Positions 9,555-19,917 of a DNA stretch of 64,000 nt are shown in pieces. The notes beneath the pieces are model-generated. The model did no database searches. It worked only from the letters and a program-made list of their open reading frames with translations, and had not been told where the DNA came from. A program made the translations under genes and the position numbers. The stretch lies in contig JACAUB010000001.1 in the NCBI GenBank assembly GCA_013390605.1, forward strand, positions 2,302,021 to 2,366,020, written 5' to 3'. Source of the DNA: Bacteroidota bacterium. Its GTDB lineage: Bacteria > Bacteroidota > Bacteroidia > Bacteroidales > Cfx3-03. Positions within the stretch are counted from its first letter, which is position 1. Every line of letters starts with the position of its first letter.

Positions 9555-11489
9555 TTACATAAATTTAATTACTAATAAAGCTGCCAGCATCAAAATGCCA
9601 CCCAAGAAAAACATAGCGTAAGTTTGTAACCGCCCAGATTGCATTCCTTTGATCGATTCTGAAACAGAAAGTGTCCCGGATGCAGTAGCATTAATCATCC
9701 CATTTACGATGGTACGATCAAACCAGGCAGCTGGACGACCAATCAGGTTAAATAAAATTTTCTTTGTCACAAAAAGATAAACCTCATCAATATAAAACTT
9801 ATGGTATGCCGATTGATAGACAAATGCTATTGAAGCAGAAATCTTAGCAGGTACATCACTCTTTTTACCATAAAGCACCCAAGCTAATAGAATTGCTGTA
9901 ACACCAATCAAAACCGGTGCGATAGAGAACATAATATGAAAAGGAAGTTCGATTGCCTTTCCATCAGCGCTAATAAACGAGCCAAATGGAATCAGCCCTG
10001 CAAATACAGCACCCAATGAAAGAATAATCAATGGAATATTCATCGCCCAGGTATGACCTTCATGGTTGTGTCCATCAGCATGTGGAGCTTTATTCCAGAA
10101 TATTCTAAAATAGAGTCTGAACATATAGAATGCTGTAATTCCACTAGTGATTAATCCAACATAGAAGATTATTTTATTGTGTTCGAAAGCTGAAGAAAGG
10201 ATAGCCTCCTTACTAAAGAACCCTGCAAAAGGAGGAATCCCTGCAATAGCCAAACAAGCCAGTAAGAAAGTGATATGTGTAATGGGCAATGCTTTACGCA
10301 AACCGCCCATATCTTTCATTTCATTACTATGAACAGCATGGATAACAGCACCAGCTCCCAAGAATAACAGTGCTTTAAAGAATGCATGGGTAAACAAATG
10401 GAACATTGAAGCAGTAAATCCTTCATTTTGCCCTTCACCCCACCCTGCTACACCCAAAGCAAACATCATAAATGCAATTTGAGAGATGGTAGAGTATGCC
10501 AAAACGCGTTTAATATCAGTTTGTGTACAGGCTATTACAGCAGCAAACATTGCTGTAAACGCACCAATATATGCTATAATAGATAAAGCCTCCGGAGCTG
10601 AAACAGCAAATACATGGAACAGTCGGGCTACCAAGAAAACACCTGCAACGACCATCGTAGCAGCATGGATCAATGCAGATACCGGTGTTGGACCCTCCAT
10701 TGCATCTGGTAGCCAGATATGTAACGGAAACATAGCCGACTTACCGGCACCACCAGCAAACACAAGCAGTAATGCCCATGAAAGTGTTGATAACCCCATA
10801 AAAGTGGTAGATGTAAATCCTACAAGATAAGGTGAGCCGGTAGCCGTTAATCTTTCAATTAACACAAAGAAGTCTAACGTTTTGGCACCAAAACTCAACA
10901 TCAAAATTCCAATAAGGAAACCCAGATCAGCAAACCTTGTTACGATAAAGGCTTTCTTAGCAGCGGCAATAGCAGATGGTTTGGTAAAATAAAAACCTAT
11001 CAATAAAAAGGAGGAAACCCCAACCAACTCCCAGAACATATACATCTGGAAAAGATTGACAGATACAACCAAACCTAACATTGAAAAGGTAAACAGCGAC
11101 AGATATGCATAATACATTGTGAAACGTTCTTCACCATGCATATAGTTCATACTATATATATGTACCATTGCAGATACAAAAGTGATCACCAACAACATCA
11201 TCACAGAGATGGGGTCGAGCACTAAACCCAGATCAATAGAAAGATTTTCATTAAATTGCAGCCACGAGAACTGAAATGCAATATGTTTAACATATGCACC
11301 GTCAAGTTTTCCAAAATCAAAGAAATAGCCATAAGCTACAAACAATGATAATACTGCGGTAGCGACTAACACCACACTTCCAATCAGACCTGAAAGTTCT
11401 GGCTTAATCCGTTTACCAAAAAGAGATAGTCCGATAAAACTGATCAATGGTAAAATTAGAATGAGTACTGCGGATAAATCGTAGTTCAT
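9555..11489 (-). CDS. nuoL: NADH-quinone oxidoreductase subunit L
   Basis: 644 aa, the largest antiporter-like subunit (HIWLPDAMEGPTPVSALIHAATMV), with a C-terminal extension. Confidence 0.95.
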   Translation of the reverse strand: MNYDLSAVLILILPLISFIGLSLFGKRIKPELSGLIGSVVLVATAVLSLFVAYGYFFDFGKLDGAYVKHIAFQFSWLQFNENLSIDLGLVLDPISVMMLLVITFVSAMVHIYSMNYMHGEERFTMYYAYLSLFTFSMLGLVVSVNLFQMYMFWELVGVSSFLLIGFYFTKPSAIAAAKKAFIVTRFADLGFLIGILMLSFGAKTLDFFVLIERLTATGSPYLVGFTSTTFMGLSTLSWALLLVFAGGAGKSAMFPLHIWLPDAMEGPTPVSALIHAATMVVAGVFLVARLFHVFAVSAPEALSIIAYIGAFTAMFAAVIACTQTDIKRVLAYSTISQIAFMMFALGVAGWGEGQNEGFTASMFHLFTHAFFKALLFLGAGAVIHAVHSNEMKDMGGLRKALPITHITFLLACLAIAGIPPFAGFFSKEAILSSAFEHNKIIFYVGLITSGITAFYMFRLYFRIFWNKAPHADGHNHEGHTWAMNIPLIILSLGAVFAGLIPFGSFISADGKAIELPFHIMFSIAPVLIGVTAILLAWVLYGKKSDVPAKISASIAFVYQSAYHKFYIDEVYLFVTKKILFNLIGRPAAWFDRTIVNGMINATASGTLSVSESIKGMQSGRLQTYAMFFLGGILMLAALLVIKFM

Positions 11490-11493
11490 AACC

Positions 11494-11808
11494 TTAATAT
11501 TTCATGTTTTTAGTGTCTTCAATATCAATTGTGTTAAACCTGCGATAGAGGTTTATAATGATAGCAATAGAAATTGAAACTTCAGCAGCAGCTATCGTGA
11601 TAATGAAAAGGGTAAAAAAGACACCCTCCAGCTGATGAGGATAGACATATTTATTGAATGCCACAAAGTTGATATTGACACTATTCAAAATCAGCTCAAC
11701 CGACATGAGCATGGTGATAAGATTTCGGCGCGAAAAGAAACCGTAGATTCCTAAAAAGAAAAGTATGGTGCTCAATATTAAAACGTGTGCCAATGGTACG
11801 TGTTCCAT
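11494..11808 (-). CDS. nuoK: NADH-quinone oxidoreductase subunit K
   Basis: 104 aa, 3 TM, typical NuoK size and position. Confidence 0.9.
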   Translation of the reverse strand: MEHVPLAHVLILSTILFFLGIYGFFSRRNLITMLMSVELILNSVNINFVAFNKYVYPHQLEGVFFTLFIITIAAAEVSISIAIIINLYRRFNTIDIEDTKNMKY

Positions 11809-11830
11809 ATTACAGTTTTGAGTTTTTGAG

Positions 11831-12343
11831 TTACTGTTTTTTTATTTTCATAGCAATTACAATGCTTCCAACTAATGCAGCCAGCAGCAAAACACTCACT
11901 ACCTCAAATGGAAATACATAACCATATGAAGTATAACTTAGTAGTTGCAATCCAATGTTTTGAACTGAATGTTCAATAGGACGTGCAGTTGTTGGTAGGA
12001 AAAAATGATGTGTGATAATCCAAATAGAAAATAACATTCCTATTGCCGATAGGATACCTGCTCGGATAATTCGGCTTAGCCGTTGAGGAGCAAGACGTTC
12101 TCCAGATGAATGGGTAAGAAAAATAGAGAAGATAATCAGTACCACAATTCCACCGACATACACCACAATCTGTAATGCAGCAACAAACTGCATATCCATC
12201 AGAATATACACACCTGCAATGCCAATAAGGCTAAAAAGTAAAAATACAGCTGCCCTGAAAATCTTACGGGTGAATACTGTTAACACACCAAAGGTGATGA
12301 TCAGTACCCCGAGGATATAAAAGATGATGGTTTCTACGCTCAT
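11831..12343 (-). CDS. nuoJ: NADH-quinone oxidoreductase subunit J
   Basis: 170 aa, 5 TM, in operon position; 4-nt overlap with nuoI. Confidence 0.88.
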   Translation of the reverse strand: MSVETIIFYILGVLIITFGVLTVFTRKIFRAAVFLLFSLIGIAGVYILMDMQFVAALQIVVYVGGIVVLIIFSIFLTHSSGERLAPQRLSRIIRAGILSAIGMLFSIWIITHHFFLPTTARPIEHSVQNIGLQLLSYTSYGYVFPFEVVSVLLLAALVGSIVIAMKIKKQ

Positions 12344-12822
12344 TTCGCTTTTTCTGTTTTAAGTTTAGAACCCGGTTTATTTAATATCTTAACCAAATCG
12401 GCACGGTTATATACACTGTGTTCAAAGGTATTCGTCATTGTAATAGCATGGCTCGGACAAGCTTCAACACATTGACCACACATGGTACACATGCCCAGAT
12501 TATATACCCATTTATCCAAAACCTTCTTTTTCTTACCTTCAGCAGTCTCTTCATTCATCGAGATGATCTTTATCGTCCCATTCGGACAAGCCATCTCGCA
12601 AAGGGTACATGCGGTACAGTGGTGTTCATTATTTTCATCATGCGGCATAATCACTTCACCCTTAAAACGCTCCGGAATGTAGAGGGTCTCTCTGTTTTCA
12701 GGATATGGTTCCGTAAGAATGGTCTTTGGATGCGACATGTAATAGAATGTGAGTTTCATACCCGTCCAAAGCGATTTGAAGGCCGAAAATATGCTACTGA
12801 AATATCTTATTAATGCTCTCAT
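12340..12822 (-). CDS. nuoI: NADH-quinone oxidoreductase subunit I (2x[4Fe-4S] ferredoxin)
   Basis: Two CxxCxxCxxxCP motifs (CTACTLCEMACP, CTMCGQCVEACP). Confidence 0.93.
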   Translation of the reverse strand: MRALIRYFSSIFSAFKSLWTGMKLTFYYMSHPKTILTEPYPENRETLYIPERFKGEVIMPHDENNEHHCTACTLCEMACPNGTIKIISMNEETAEGKKKKVLDKWVYNLGMCTMCGQCVEACPSHAITMTNTFEHSVYNRADLVKILNKPGSKLKTEKAK

Positions 12823-12838
12823 TTTTCGAATTCTTTAT

Positions 12839-13924
12839 TTAAAAGTGCCAACCCATTAACGTAATAAAGGCTGCAACCACAATATTAATGATGCTTAGAG
12901 GCAAAAGGTATTTCCATTCCAGCTTAAGTAATTGGTCAATTCGCATACGGGGAAAAGTCCAGCGAAACCACATGATCAAGAATAGAATGAAGAAAGTTTT
13001 ACCAAAGAACCAAACGATAGCAGGAATGAAATTCATAATATGATTGAATGCATCGAGTCCACCTACATGGAAAGGCTGCCATCCACCCAGAAACACAGTA
13101 GAACCAACCATAGCAACAATGAACATGTTGGTATATTCTGCCAGGAAGAACATGGCAAACTGCATACCTGAATATTCTGTATGAAAACCGGCAGTCAGCT
13201 CTTGTTCAGCCTCAGCGAGGTCAAAAGGTGCGCGGTTCAATTCAGCGGTACTGGCAATAATGAAAACCACAAAGGCAAATATTGCAGGAAGGTGTCCTTT
13301 AAAGATCCACCATCCATTGGCTTGCGAAAGAATGATATCGTGGATAGACAAACTACCACACATGATTACAATGGCAATAATTGATAGTCCTGCCGAAAGC
13401 TCATAACTAACAATCTGCGCCCCACTTCGCATAGCTCCCAACAAAGAGTATTTGTTGTTACTTGACCAGCCGGCCATTAAGATTCCTATAACACCGATCG
13501 ACGAAACTGCCGTAACATAGAGCACACCAATATTCAAATCCCAAAGTTGTAAACCCGGAGCATACGACATTGGAGCCATTGCCATAAACGATACGGTTAA
13601 CACTAAAAACGGTGCCAGACCAAACAAAAGTTTATCCGCACCGTTGGGCGTGAGGCACTCTTTAAGAAGGAGCTTCAATACATCGGCAAAAGCCTGTAAT
13701 GAACCCCAAAAGCCAACACGCATCGGACCCAGACGCAACTGCATGAAACCCGCAACCTTGCGTTCCATATAGATGCTGGCCACTGCCATCACTACTACCA
13801 ACAGAATTACAGCCACCCCAACCATTATAAGTTCGGAAGCCATAACCAGTCCCGGACTCATTATTCCGGTAAGCGTTTGATGAATAGATGATGTAATATC
13901 TGTAAAACCAATCATTGAAATCAT
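12839..13924 (-). CDS. nuoH: NADH-quinone oxidoreductase subunit H
   Basis: 361 aa polytopic protein with RAPFDLAEAEQELTAGFHTEYSGM, a NuoH/ND1 signature. Confidence 0.95.
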   Translation of the reverse strand: MISMIGFTDITSSIHQTLTGIMSPGLVMASELIMVGVAVILLVVVMAVASIYMERKVAGFMQLRLGPMRVGFWGSLQAFADVLKLLLKECLTPNGADKLLFGLAPFLVLTVSFMAMAPMSYAPGLQLWDLNIGVLYVTAVSSIGVIGILMAGWSSNNKYSLLGAMRSGAQIVSYELSAGLSIIAIVIMCGSLSIHDIILSQANGWWIFKGHLPAIFAFVVFIIASTAELNRAPFDLAEAEQELTAGFHTEYSGMQFAMFFLAEYTNMFIVAMVGSTVFLGGWQPFHVGGLDAFNHIMNFIPAIVWFFGKTFFILFLIMWFRWTFPRMRIDQLLKLEWKYLLPLSIINIVVAAFITLMGWHF

Positions 13925-13941
13925 AAGTATACAATCATTCG

Positions 13942-15075
13942 TTATCTGTCAATATCGGGGATAATTAAGTCGAGCGTAGCCATAATCGCAACCAGGTCGC
14001 CTATCTTAGAATTCTTTGCAATGTGAGCCAAAACACCAAGATTTGAGAAGTTAGGTGTGCGGTACTTAATACGATATGGATTTTTTCCACCATCGCTTAC
14101 TACATAAACGCCCAATTCGCCACGAGCTGTTTCAACACGTTGGTAATATTCACCTACGGGCAATTTCAACACACCCTTTATTTTTGTACGATATTCGCCT
14201 TCCGGAATATTATCAATCAATTGCTCAATAATATGCATACATTGTTGCATTTCCTGCAAACGAATCATATAACGGGCAAACGAATCACCGTCTGTACCTA
14301 ATATTTCTTTAAAATCAAGCTTTTCATACCCTTCGTATGGGTAATATTTACGAACATCACAGCTTACACCTGATGCACGGGCTACAGGACCAGAAGCAGC
14401 CAACGACAAGGCCATCTCTTTTGTTAAGATACCAACACCCTGTGTTCTTTTCTGAAAGATAATATTGCCGGTAAGCAACTTATCATATTCATCAATATTG
14501 ACCTTAAACTGCTTGATAAGGTCTTTTACTCTTTTTACGAAGTTCGGATGGATATCCGCACTTACTCCACCGGGAGTGATATAGTTCATGGTCAGACGCG
14601 TACCACTGGTTTCCTCAAAAATGTCGAGAATCTGTTCTCTCTCACGAAAAGCGTAAAAGAATGGAGACACTGCACCCATATCTAAACCAGCCGATCCCCA
14701 CCATAATTGGTGCGAAGCTAAACGTTGCAATTCAAGCATCAATAAACGAATAACCGATGCACGGGCAGGCACTTCAATCTGAGCTGCTTTTTCTACAAGC
14801 AGAGAACATGCATGATTATTCATATGAGCCGACAGATAATCCATTCTACTGGTTAAGTAGATGGATTGCTTGTAACCCAATGACTCAGACATCTTTTCGA
14901 TACCACGATGGATATAACCCAAATGCGGTTCAATTTCCAAAATCTGCTCACCATCAAGGTTTATCTTTAGATGTAGCACACCATGTGTTGAAGGATGCTG
15001 CGGACCAACATTTATTACAAACTCGTCGGGAGCATCTTCTACAGGTATAAGTATATTCGAAAGTTCCATTGACAA
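13942..15075 (-). CDS. nuoD: NADH-quinone oxidoreductase subunit D
   Basis: 377 aa with N-terminal NVGPQHPSTHGVLHL and C-terminal LDLIIPDIDR, typical of NuoD/49 kDa. Confidence 0.95.
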   Translation of the reverse strand: MSMELSNILIPVEDAPDEFVINVGPQHPSTHGVLHLKINLDGEQILEIEPHLGYIHRGIEKMSESLGYKQSIYLTSRMDYLSAHMNNHACSLLVEKAAQIEVPARASVIRLLMLELQRLASHQLWWGSAGLDMGAVSPFFYAFREREQILDIFEETSGTRLTMNYITPGGVSADIHPNFVKRVKDLIKQFKVNIDEYDKLLTGNIIFQKRTQGVGILTKEMALSLAASGPVARASGVSCDVRKYYPYEGYEKLDFKEILGTDGDSFARYMIRLQEMQQCMHIIEQLIDNIPEGEYRTKIKGVLKLPVGEYYQRVETARGELGVYVVSDGGKNPYRIKYRTPNFSNLGVLAHIAKNSKIGDLVAIMATLDLIIPDIDR

Positions 15076-15078
15076 ATA

Positions 15079-15537
15079 CTACAGGGTTACAATATTGACA
15101 TCGTCTTTATAATCTTTCCGAAGTGGAAAACCAGGCCACTCATCACCAAGCATAATGCGGCGTAGATTAGGGTGATTCTTAAATCGTATTCCAAAAAGAT
15201 CAAATATTTCGTTTTCATATAAGTCGGCAGCCATCCAAAGCGGATAAACTGAATCAACTTCTGGGTTTACACGGTCCTCTAATATTACTTTAACAACCAG
15301 ATTGTGATGAAAAACAGAAGAAGTCAGATGATAAACCACTTCAAAATGTGTTTTTTTATCGACAGCTGTTTCGCAAAAGAGAAAATCAAATTGTGTATCA
15401 GGACTGGTGTTGAGCTGTTGAGCTATCTGAAAGAGTTCGCTCTTCTCAGCTATCAAAACCGGAAAGTCAAAGCTATCCTCTTGTTTACACTGAGGAAATT
15501 TGCTTTCGATATATGATTTTAGTTCGGCCTTATCCAT
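15079..15537 (-). CDS. nuoC: NADH-quinone oxidoreductase subunit C
   Basis: 152 aa with [25 protein letters not shown]-type motif ([16 protein letters not shown]). Confidence 0.9.
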   Translation of the reverse strand: [152 protein letters not shown]

Positions 15538-16085
15538 TATTCTTCATCTTTTTTAGGACTATCAATAACATATGCCCGACTTTTTTTAATCTTCTCCTGA
15601 AGCTGAATCATGCCCTGTAATAGTGCTTCCGGACGAGGAGGACAACCTGGAACATAGACATCGACAGGAATAATATTATCAACGCCCTTTACAACCGAGT
15701 ATGAATTATAATAAAACGGTCCACCCGAAATAGCACAGGCTCCCATTGCAATAACATAGCGGGGTTCGGCCATCTGGTTATATAAACGTTTTAATACTGG
15801 TGCCATTTTATAACAAATGGTACCTGCAACAATAATCAGGTCGGCCTGACGAGGTGTTGCACGTGCAACTTCAAATCCAAAACGACTCCAGTCGTATTTA
15901 GCCGAAGCTGTTGACATCATCTCAATAGCACAACAACTAGTTCCAAAGGTTAATGGCCACAAAGAGTTACTGCGGGCCCAATTTGCCAACTTATCTACAT
16001 TTGTAACGAGAAAATTGGTTTTCCCTGTATCATCGCGATAAACGTCGCCAGGGAAATCAGTGAGGTAATCTTTTGTTACACCCAT
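15537..16085 (-). CDS. nuoB: NADH-quinone oxidoreductase subunit B
   Basis: N2 cluster ligands CCAIEMM ... GACAISGG ... VPGCPPRPE. Confidence 0.95.
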
Positions 16086-16426
16086 GTAAGCGCTTTCTTT
16101 TTATATGCGTAAAGAAGTCCCATAAAGAGGAACAGCGTGAAAAAGATAATTTCAACAAATGCAGGCCATCCTACTTGCTTCAAAACCACAGCCCAAGGAT
16201 AAAGGAAAACGATTTCCACATCGAATACTAAAAAAACCAGTGAAAAAAGATAGTACCCAACATTAAATTGAACCCACGTTGTTCCCTGTGTTTGAATTCC
16301 GCATTCATATGCTTCACCCTTTTCAGGATTCCATGATTTTGTAGAGAGGATTTTTCCAAACCCAACAGCCATTCCAGCAAAGAGAATGCCGCAAAACATC
16401 AAGAGCAATAAGGATAAACTTCCCAT
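16076..16426 (-). CDS. nuoA: NADH-quinone oxidoreductase subunit A
   Basis: 116 aa, 3 TM, YECG motif (EAYECGI). First gene of the operon. Confidence 0.9.
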   Translation of the reverse strand: MGSLSLLLLMFCGILFAGMAVGFGKILSTKSWNPEKGEAYECGIQTQGTTWVQFNVGYYLFSLVFLVFDVEIVFLYPWAVVLKQVGWPAFVEIIFFTLFLFMGLLYAYKKKALTWV

Positions 16427-16452
16427 ACATTTTCTTGTTAAAAATACGGGTG

Positions 16453-16460
16453 CAAAAGTA
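16453..16460 (-). promoter_or_regulatory. putative Bacteroidota -7 box (TACTTTTG) for the nuo operon
   Basis: The minus strand reads TACTTTTG (TAnnTTTG consensus), 27 nt upstream of the nuoA ATG. Confidence 0.4.
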
Positions 16461-17041
16461 GTTTAACAAATTGACACTTTCACTACTTTTATTGACGTTT
16501 TTTTTATAAAGTTAAATTTATCTGTATATCAATAGGTTGAATTAGTAAAATTTAACATATTTACATAAAACAATCTAGACTGAATACATAGGTTTTTCTA
16601 TTGTTATAAAGTTAACAACGATTCCTAACAAACAACATTTAGTATATATCTATCTATTTACATCTTTAAAATAATTTAATCATATATACATTACTTTGTA
16701 GTGTAAGATATTGGTATTAAGTAATAAAGTACCTGAATAAATCTACATTGATTAACCTCTTTAAGATTAATTAGGAGAAAAAATTGATACCATAACTAAA
16801 AATATCGCATAGAAAATAGCTTATTTTTTCGCTGAAAAATGATGATGATGCACAAAATCATTAAATTAGAAAAATATGAGCAGTTTTTTGAAAAAGAATA
16901 CAAAAAGGGAATAAACAACGCCAACAATAAATGATCGGCTCAGATTATTTTGTTGTATCTTTATGAAAATGATCGTCAATAAAAATTCTATTCTCATACT
17001 AAATCATACTGATTCTTCTCCGACCACGAGGCTATTATTTT

Positions 17042-17084
17042 CCCCTAATCCTAATCTGACCCTAATCATATTCTAATCTAATCC
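17042..17084. repeat. degenerate short tandem repeat (C)CTAATC x5
   Basis: CCCCTAATC CTAATC TGAC CCTAATC ATATT CTAATC TAATCC, located in the long gene-free region upstream of nuoA. Confidence 0.6.
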
Positions 17085-17359
17085 TATTCAACTCCAAATG
17101 CTGAATTAGGCATACGATAGAATGAAGTTTGGATGAAAACAGAGAAATTCGCAGATGATAGAAGCATTATGGAGCAATTAAATCAGAATCATCAGATACG
17201 CTTAGTAGTCTATTTACTGTAAAGAATTTACGATTTAATCTATAGATAAACAGCTATTTATATTTAATTTAGGATTGCAAAAACAAGCTATTTATATCAG
17301 AATATCTAAAACCACAACAAACAAGAGTACCTACTCTTCATTACATTATGATCTAAAAG

Positions 17360-17398
17360 CATAAAGGTTCAAAGTAGAAAACACCCTGAACCTTTATG
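17360..17398 (-). terminator. hairpin downstream of the permease gene
   Basis: 12-bp perfect stem CATAAAGGTTCA / TGAACCTTTATG with a 15-nt loop, 10 nt after the stop codon. Confidence 0.6.
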
Positions 17399-17408
17399 AC
17401 AATATCAA

Positions 17409-18857
17409 TTAGTCTTTTTTTCGCAGCTTACTATGCTTTATTCCATAGAGGAAATAAATAGCAAAACCAATCGCCATCCAGATAATTAAACGTTCCCATG
17501 TGCTGGTTGGAAGCGCAAACATCTGTGCAACACAGATAACCATACCGGCGATAGGCACAAAAGGCACCCAGGGTGTTCTAAACGGACGTGATGTTTCGGG
17601 TTGAACCTTCCGAAGTACAATGATACTCCCACAGACAATAGTGAAAGCAAGCAATGTTCCAATTGAAACCAACTGGCTAAGAATATGAATCGGTAGTATA
17701 CCTGCTAATATTGCAGCAATAACTCCTACTATGATTGTAGTAATATAAGGTGTATGAAAACGGGGATGTATTTTAGTTAAAAACTTAGGCAATAAACCAT
17801 CAACGGCCATTGTATAAAAGATTCGGGGTTGCCCCATCAACATAACCAGAATAACAGAACTTAAACCGGCAATCGCACCAAGTTTAATAAATGGACGTAA
17901 CCACATCAATGCTGCACCTGTTTTATTAATTGCATAAGCAACCGGAGCATCTACATTCAATTCCTTGTACGAAACGATACCTGTTAATACTAACGAAACC
18001 AAAACATACAAGAGTGTACAAATAAGTAAGGACCCTAATATTCCTATCGGCATATTCTTTTGAGGATTAATAGTCTCCTGGGCCGCAGTAGAAACAGCAT
18101 CAAAACCAATATAGGCAAAGAAAATAACACCGGCACCTGTAAGAACACCTGTCCAGCCAAAATTTTCAAAATGTCCTGTATTAGCAGGAACAAATGGATG
18201 CCAATTTGCTGTATCTATGTAAGAAAGCCCAAATCCAATAAAAAGCAGTAAAACGGTAACCTTTGTGATAACAATTATATTGTTAAAACGCACAGATTCT
18301 TTGATTCCCAATATCAATAAGCACGAAATAATAACAATAACAAAAACGGCAGGAAAATTCAATAATCCGCCAGTAGCTACCCAATGACCATCGATATAAT
18401 CAAACGGAGCATGACATAGTTTTGCTGGAATATTTATTCCAAAATCAGCCAGAACACTCGTTACATAACCTGACCAACCTACCGCAACAGTTGAAGCCGC
18501 AAACATATATTCAAGAATAAGATCCCACCCAATAATCCAGGCGATAAACTCTCCAAGTGAAGCATATGAATAGGTATAAGCGCTACCGGCAATAGGGATC
18601 ATTGCTGCAAATTCAGCATAACAGAGACCGGCAAAAACGCATCCTAACCCTGAAATAATTACAGATATAACTAAGGCAGGACCAGCATTATTTGCAGCAA
18701 CGGTTCCAGTGATTACAAAAACACCAGTTCCTATAATTGCACCAATGCCCAGTGCTATCAAATTTGTTGCATTAAGTGTTCGCTTTAATCCGGTTCCATC
18801 ATCGCCAGCCTCCAATTGAAGCTGTTTCATGGATTTTGTTCTGAATAACTGATTCAC
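17409..18857 (-). CDS. APC-superfamily amino acid permease
   Basis: About 12 TM helices with N-terminal LKRTLNATNLIALGIGAIIGTGVFV, typical of amino acid/cationic amino acid transporters. The listed start is GTG; an ATG at 18830 (MKQLQLEAG) is an alternative. Confidence 0.9.
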   Translation of the reverse strand: MNQLFRTKSMKQLQLEAGDDGTGLKRTLNATNLIALGIGAIIGTGVFVITGTVAANNAGPALVISVIISGLGCVFAGLCYAEFAAMIPIAGSAYTYSYASLGEFIAWIIGWDLILEYMFAASTVAVGWSGYVTSVLADFGINIPAKLCHAPFDYIDGHWVATGGLLNFPAVFVIVIISCLLILGIKESVRFNNIIVITKVTVLLLFIGFGLSYIDTANWHPFVPANTGHFENFGWTGVLTGAGVIFFAYIGFDAVSTAAQETINPQKNMPIGILGSLLICTLLYVLVSLVLTGIVSYKELNVDAPVAYAINKTGAALMWLRPFIKLGAIAGLSSVILVMLMGQPRIFYTMAVDGLLPKFLTKIHPRFHTPYITTIIVGVIAAILAGILPIHILSQLVSIGTLLAFTIVCGSIIVLRKVQPETSRPFRTPWVPFVPIAGMVICVAQMFALPTSTWERLIIWMAIGFAIYFLYGIKHSKLRKKD

Positions 18858-18897
18858 GCTTTTTAAGAATTAAGTGGCTTAATTATTTTATCTAGGC

Positions 18898-18905
18898 CAA
18901 AATTA
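18898..18905 (-). promoter_or_regulatory. putative -7 box (TAATTTTG) for the permease
   Basis: The minus strand reads TAATTTTG, 41 nt upstream of the GTG and 68 nt upstream of the ATG. Confidence 0.35.
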
Positions 18906-19123
18906 AAACAATCCTGTTATAAATCACGAATAATCGACAAAGAAAAAATAAAAATCTAAAAAAATGCACAAATTAGAAGCATCCAACATTAAATTTATCA
19001 TAAAAAAGAACAAAGCACCCCTATAAAATGATAGAGATGCTAAAAATTATTCTATTTTCTTTAAAAATAAGTGCAAATATTCCAGGCCTGATCAGGTCAA
19101 ACGAAGGAATTAACAGAGTAACA

Positions 19124-19765
19124 TTAAAAATATTTAATCACCTCAGCCATTGAGTTAATAATATAGTCGGCATTAGAAAGGTCTTGATTACCCGAATTCA
19201 GATTTAAAAAGGCTACACAAAACATGCCGGCATCTTTGGCAGCCTTTACACCATTTGCTGAGTCTTCCACAACAAGGCATGATTCAGGATCAATCTTCAT
19301 TAGTTCAGCTGTTCGCAAAAAGATATCTGGAAAAGGTTTATTATTAGTAACTTCCTCGCCACTAACTACATATGATATATCTTTATCAATTCCAATGGCC
19401 TCTAAAACCAAATGAATTAAATGGGAAGAGGATGATGAAGCTACGGCTAAAGGGATATTCCGTCTTCTAGCTTCAGCAACAACTTCAATCACACCTTCAA
19501 TAGCAATAATTGGATTAGCAGATAAAGCTTTAAGATAACGATCATGCTTTTCTTCATGCAGTGATTCAGCTGTAACCTCCCGATTATATCCAAAGCGATT
19601 ATTAATAATATTCCAAAACTCTTTTCCGACACCGGCAAATTTCACATGTTCATCATGTGGAAGATCTACACCTAGTTCTAAAAGCATTTGTCGTTCTATT
19701 TTCTTATGAAGCGGTTCACTATCAATTAAAACCCCATCCATATCAAAGATTATTCCTTTAACCAT
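19124..19765 (-). CDS. HAD-IA family phosphatase (beta-phosphoglucomutase-like)
   Basis: Motif I IIFDMDGVLIDSE at the N-terminus, motif IV VVEDSANGVKAAKDAG. Start moved to the ATG at 19765, because the listed 19828 is TTG and a -7 box lies between the two. Confidence 0.88.
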   Translation of the reverse strand: MVKGIIFDMDGVLIDSEPLHKKIERQMLLELGVDLPHDEHVKFAGVGKEFWNIINNRFGYNREVTAESLHEEKHDRYLKALSANPIIAIEGVIEVVAEARRRNIPLAVASSSSSHLIHLVLEAIGIDKDISYVVSGEEVTNNKPFPDIFLRTAELMKIDPESCLVVEDSANGVKAAKDAGMFCVAFLNLNSGNQDLSNADYIINSMAEVIKYF

Positions 19766-19785
19766 TATAGATTTTTTTGTAAAGA

Positions 19786-19793
19786 CAAAGTTA
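19786..19793 (-). promoter_or_regulatory. putative -7 box (TAACTTTG) for the HAD phosphatase
   Basis: The minus strand reads TAACTTTG, 21 nt upstream of the ATG at 19765. Confidence 0.4.
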
Positions 19794-19917
19794 CAACTCT
19801 TGGCTTTGCTATAAATAAGCAGAGCCAATAATGAATAAATAAAGATTTGTGATTGTAAAAATCAGGTATAAAATAATTCGATAGTTAAAAGTATGAAATT
19901 TGTAAAAAAGCAAAAAA

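Noticed and set aside
10486-10830. 114-aa plus-strand ORF inside nuoL (similar cases: 6803-7048, 7388-7642, 8481-8762, 8914-9144, 12418-12813, 13181-13384, 13662-13934, 14757-15050, 15304-15516)
   Set aside because: These are antisense or alternate-frame ORFs fully embedded in strongly supported nuo genes. They have low-complexity composition and no independent signals.
16839-16934. 31-aa ORF starting MMMMHKII in the nuoA upstream region
   Set aside because: It is short, has no promoter motif or terminator, and is compositionally like the surrounding AT-rich DNA.
17042-17084. CTAATC/CCCTAA repeats considered as a CRISPR-like or telomere-like array
   Set aside because: The units are 6-7 nt, irregularly spaced and degenerate. 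There are no spacers of CRISPR size, and the context is an internal chromosomal site.
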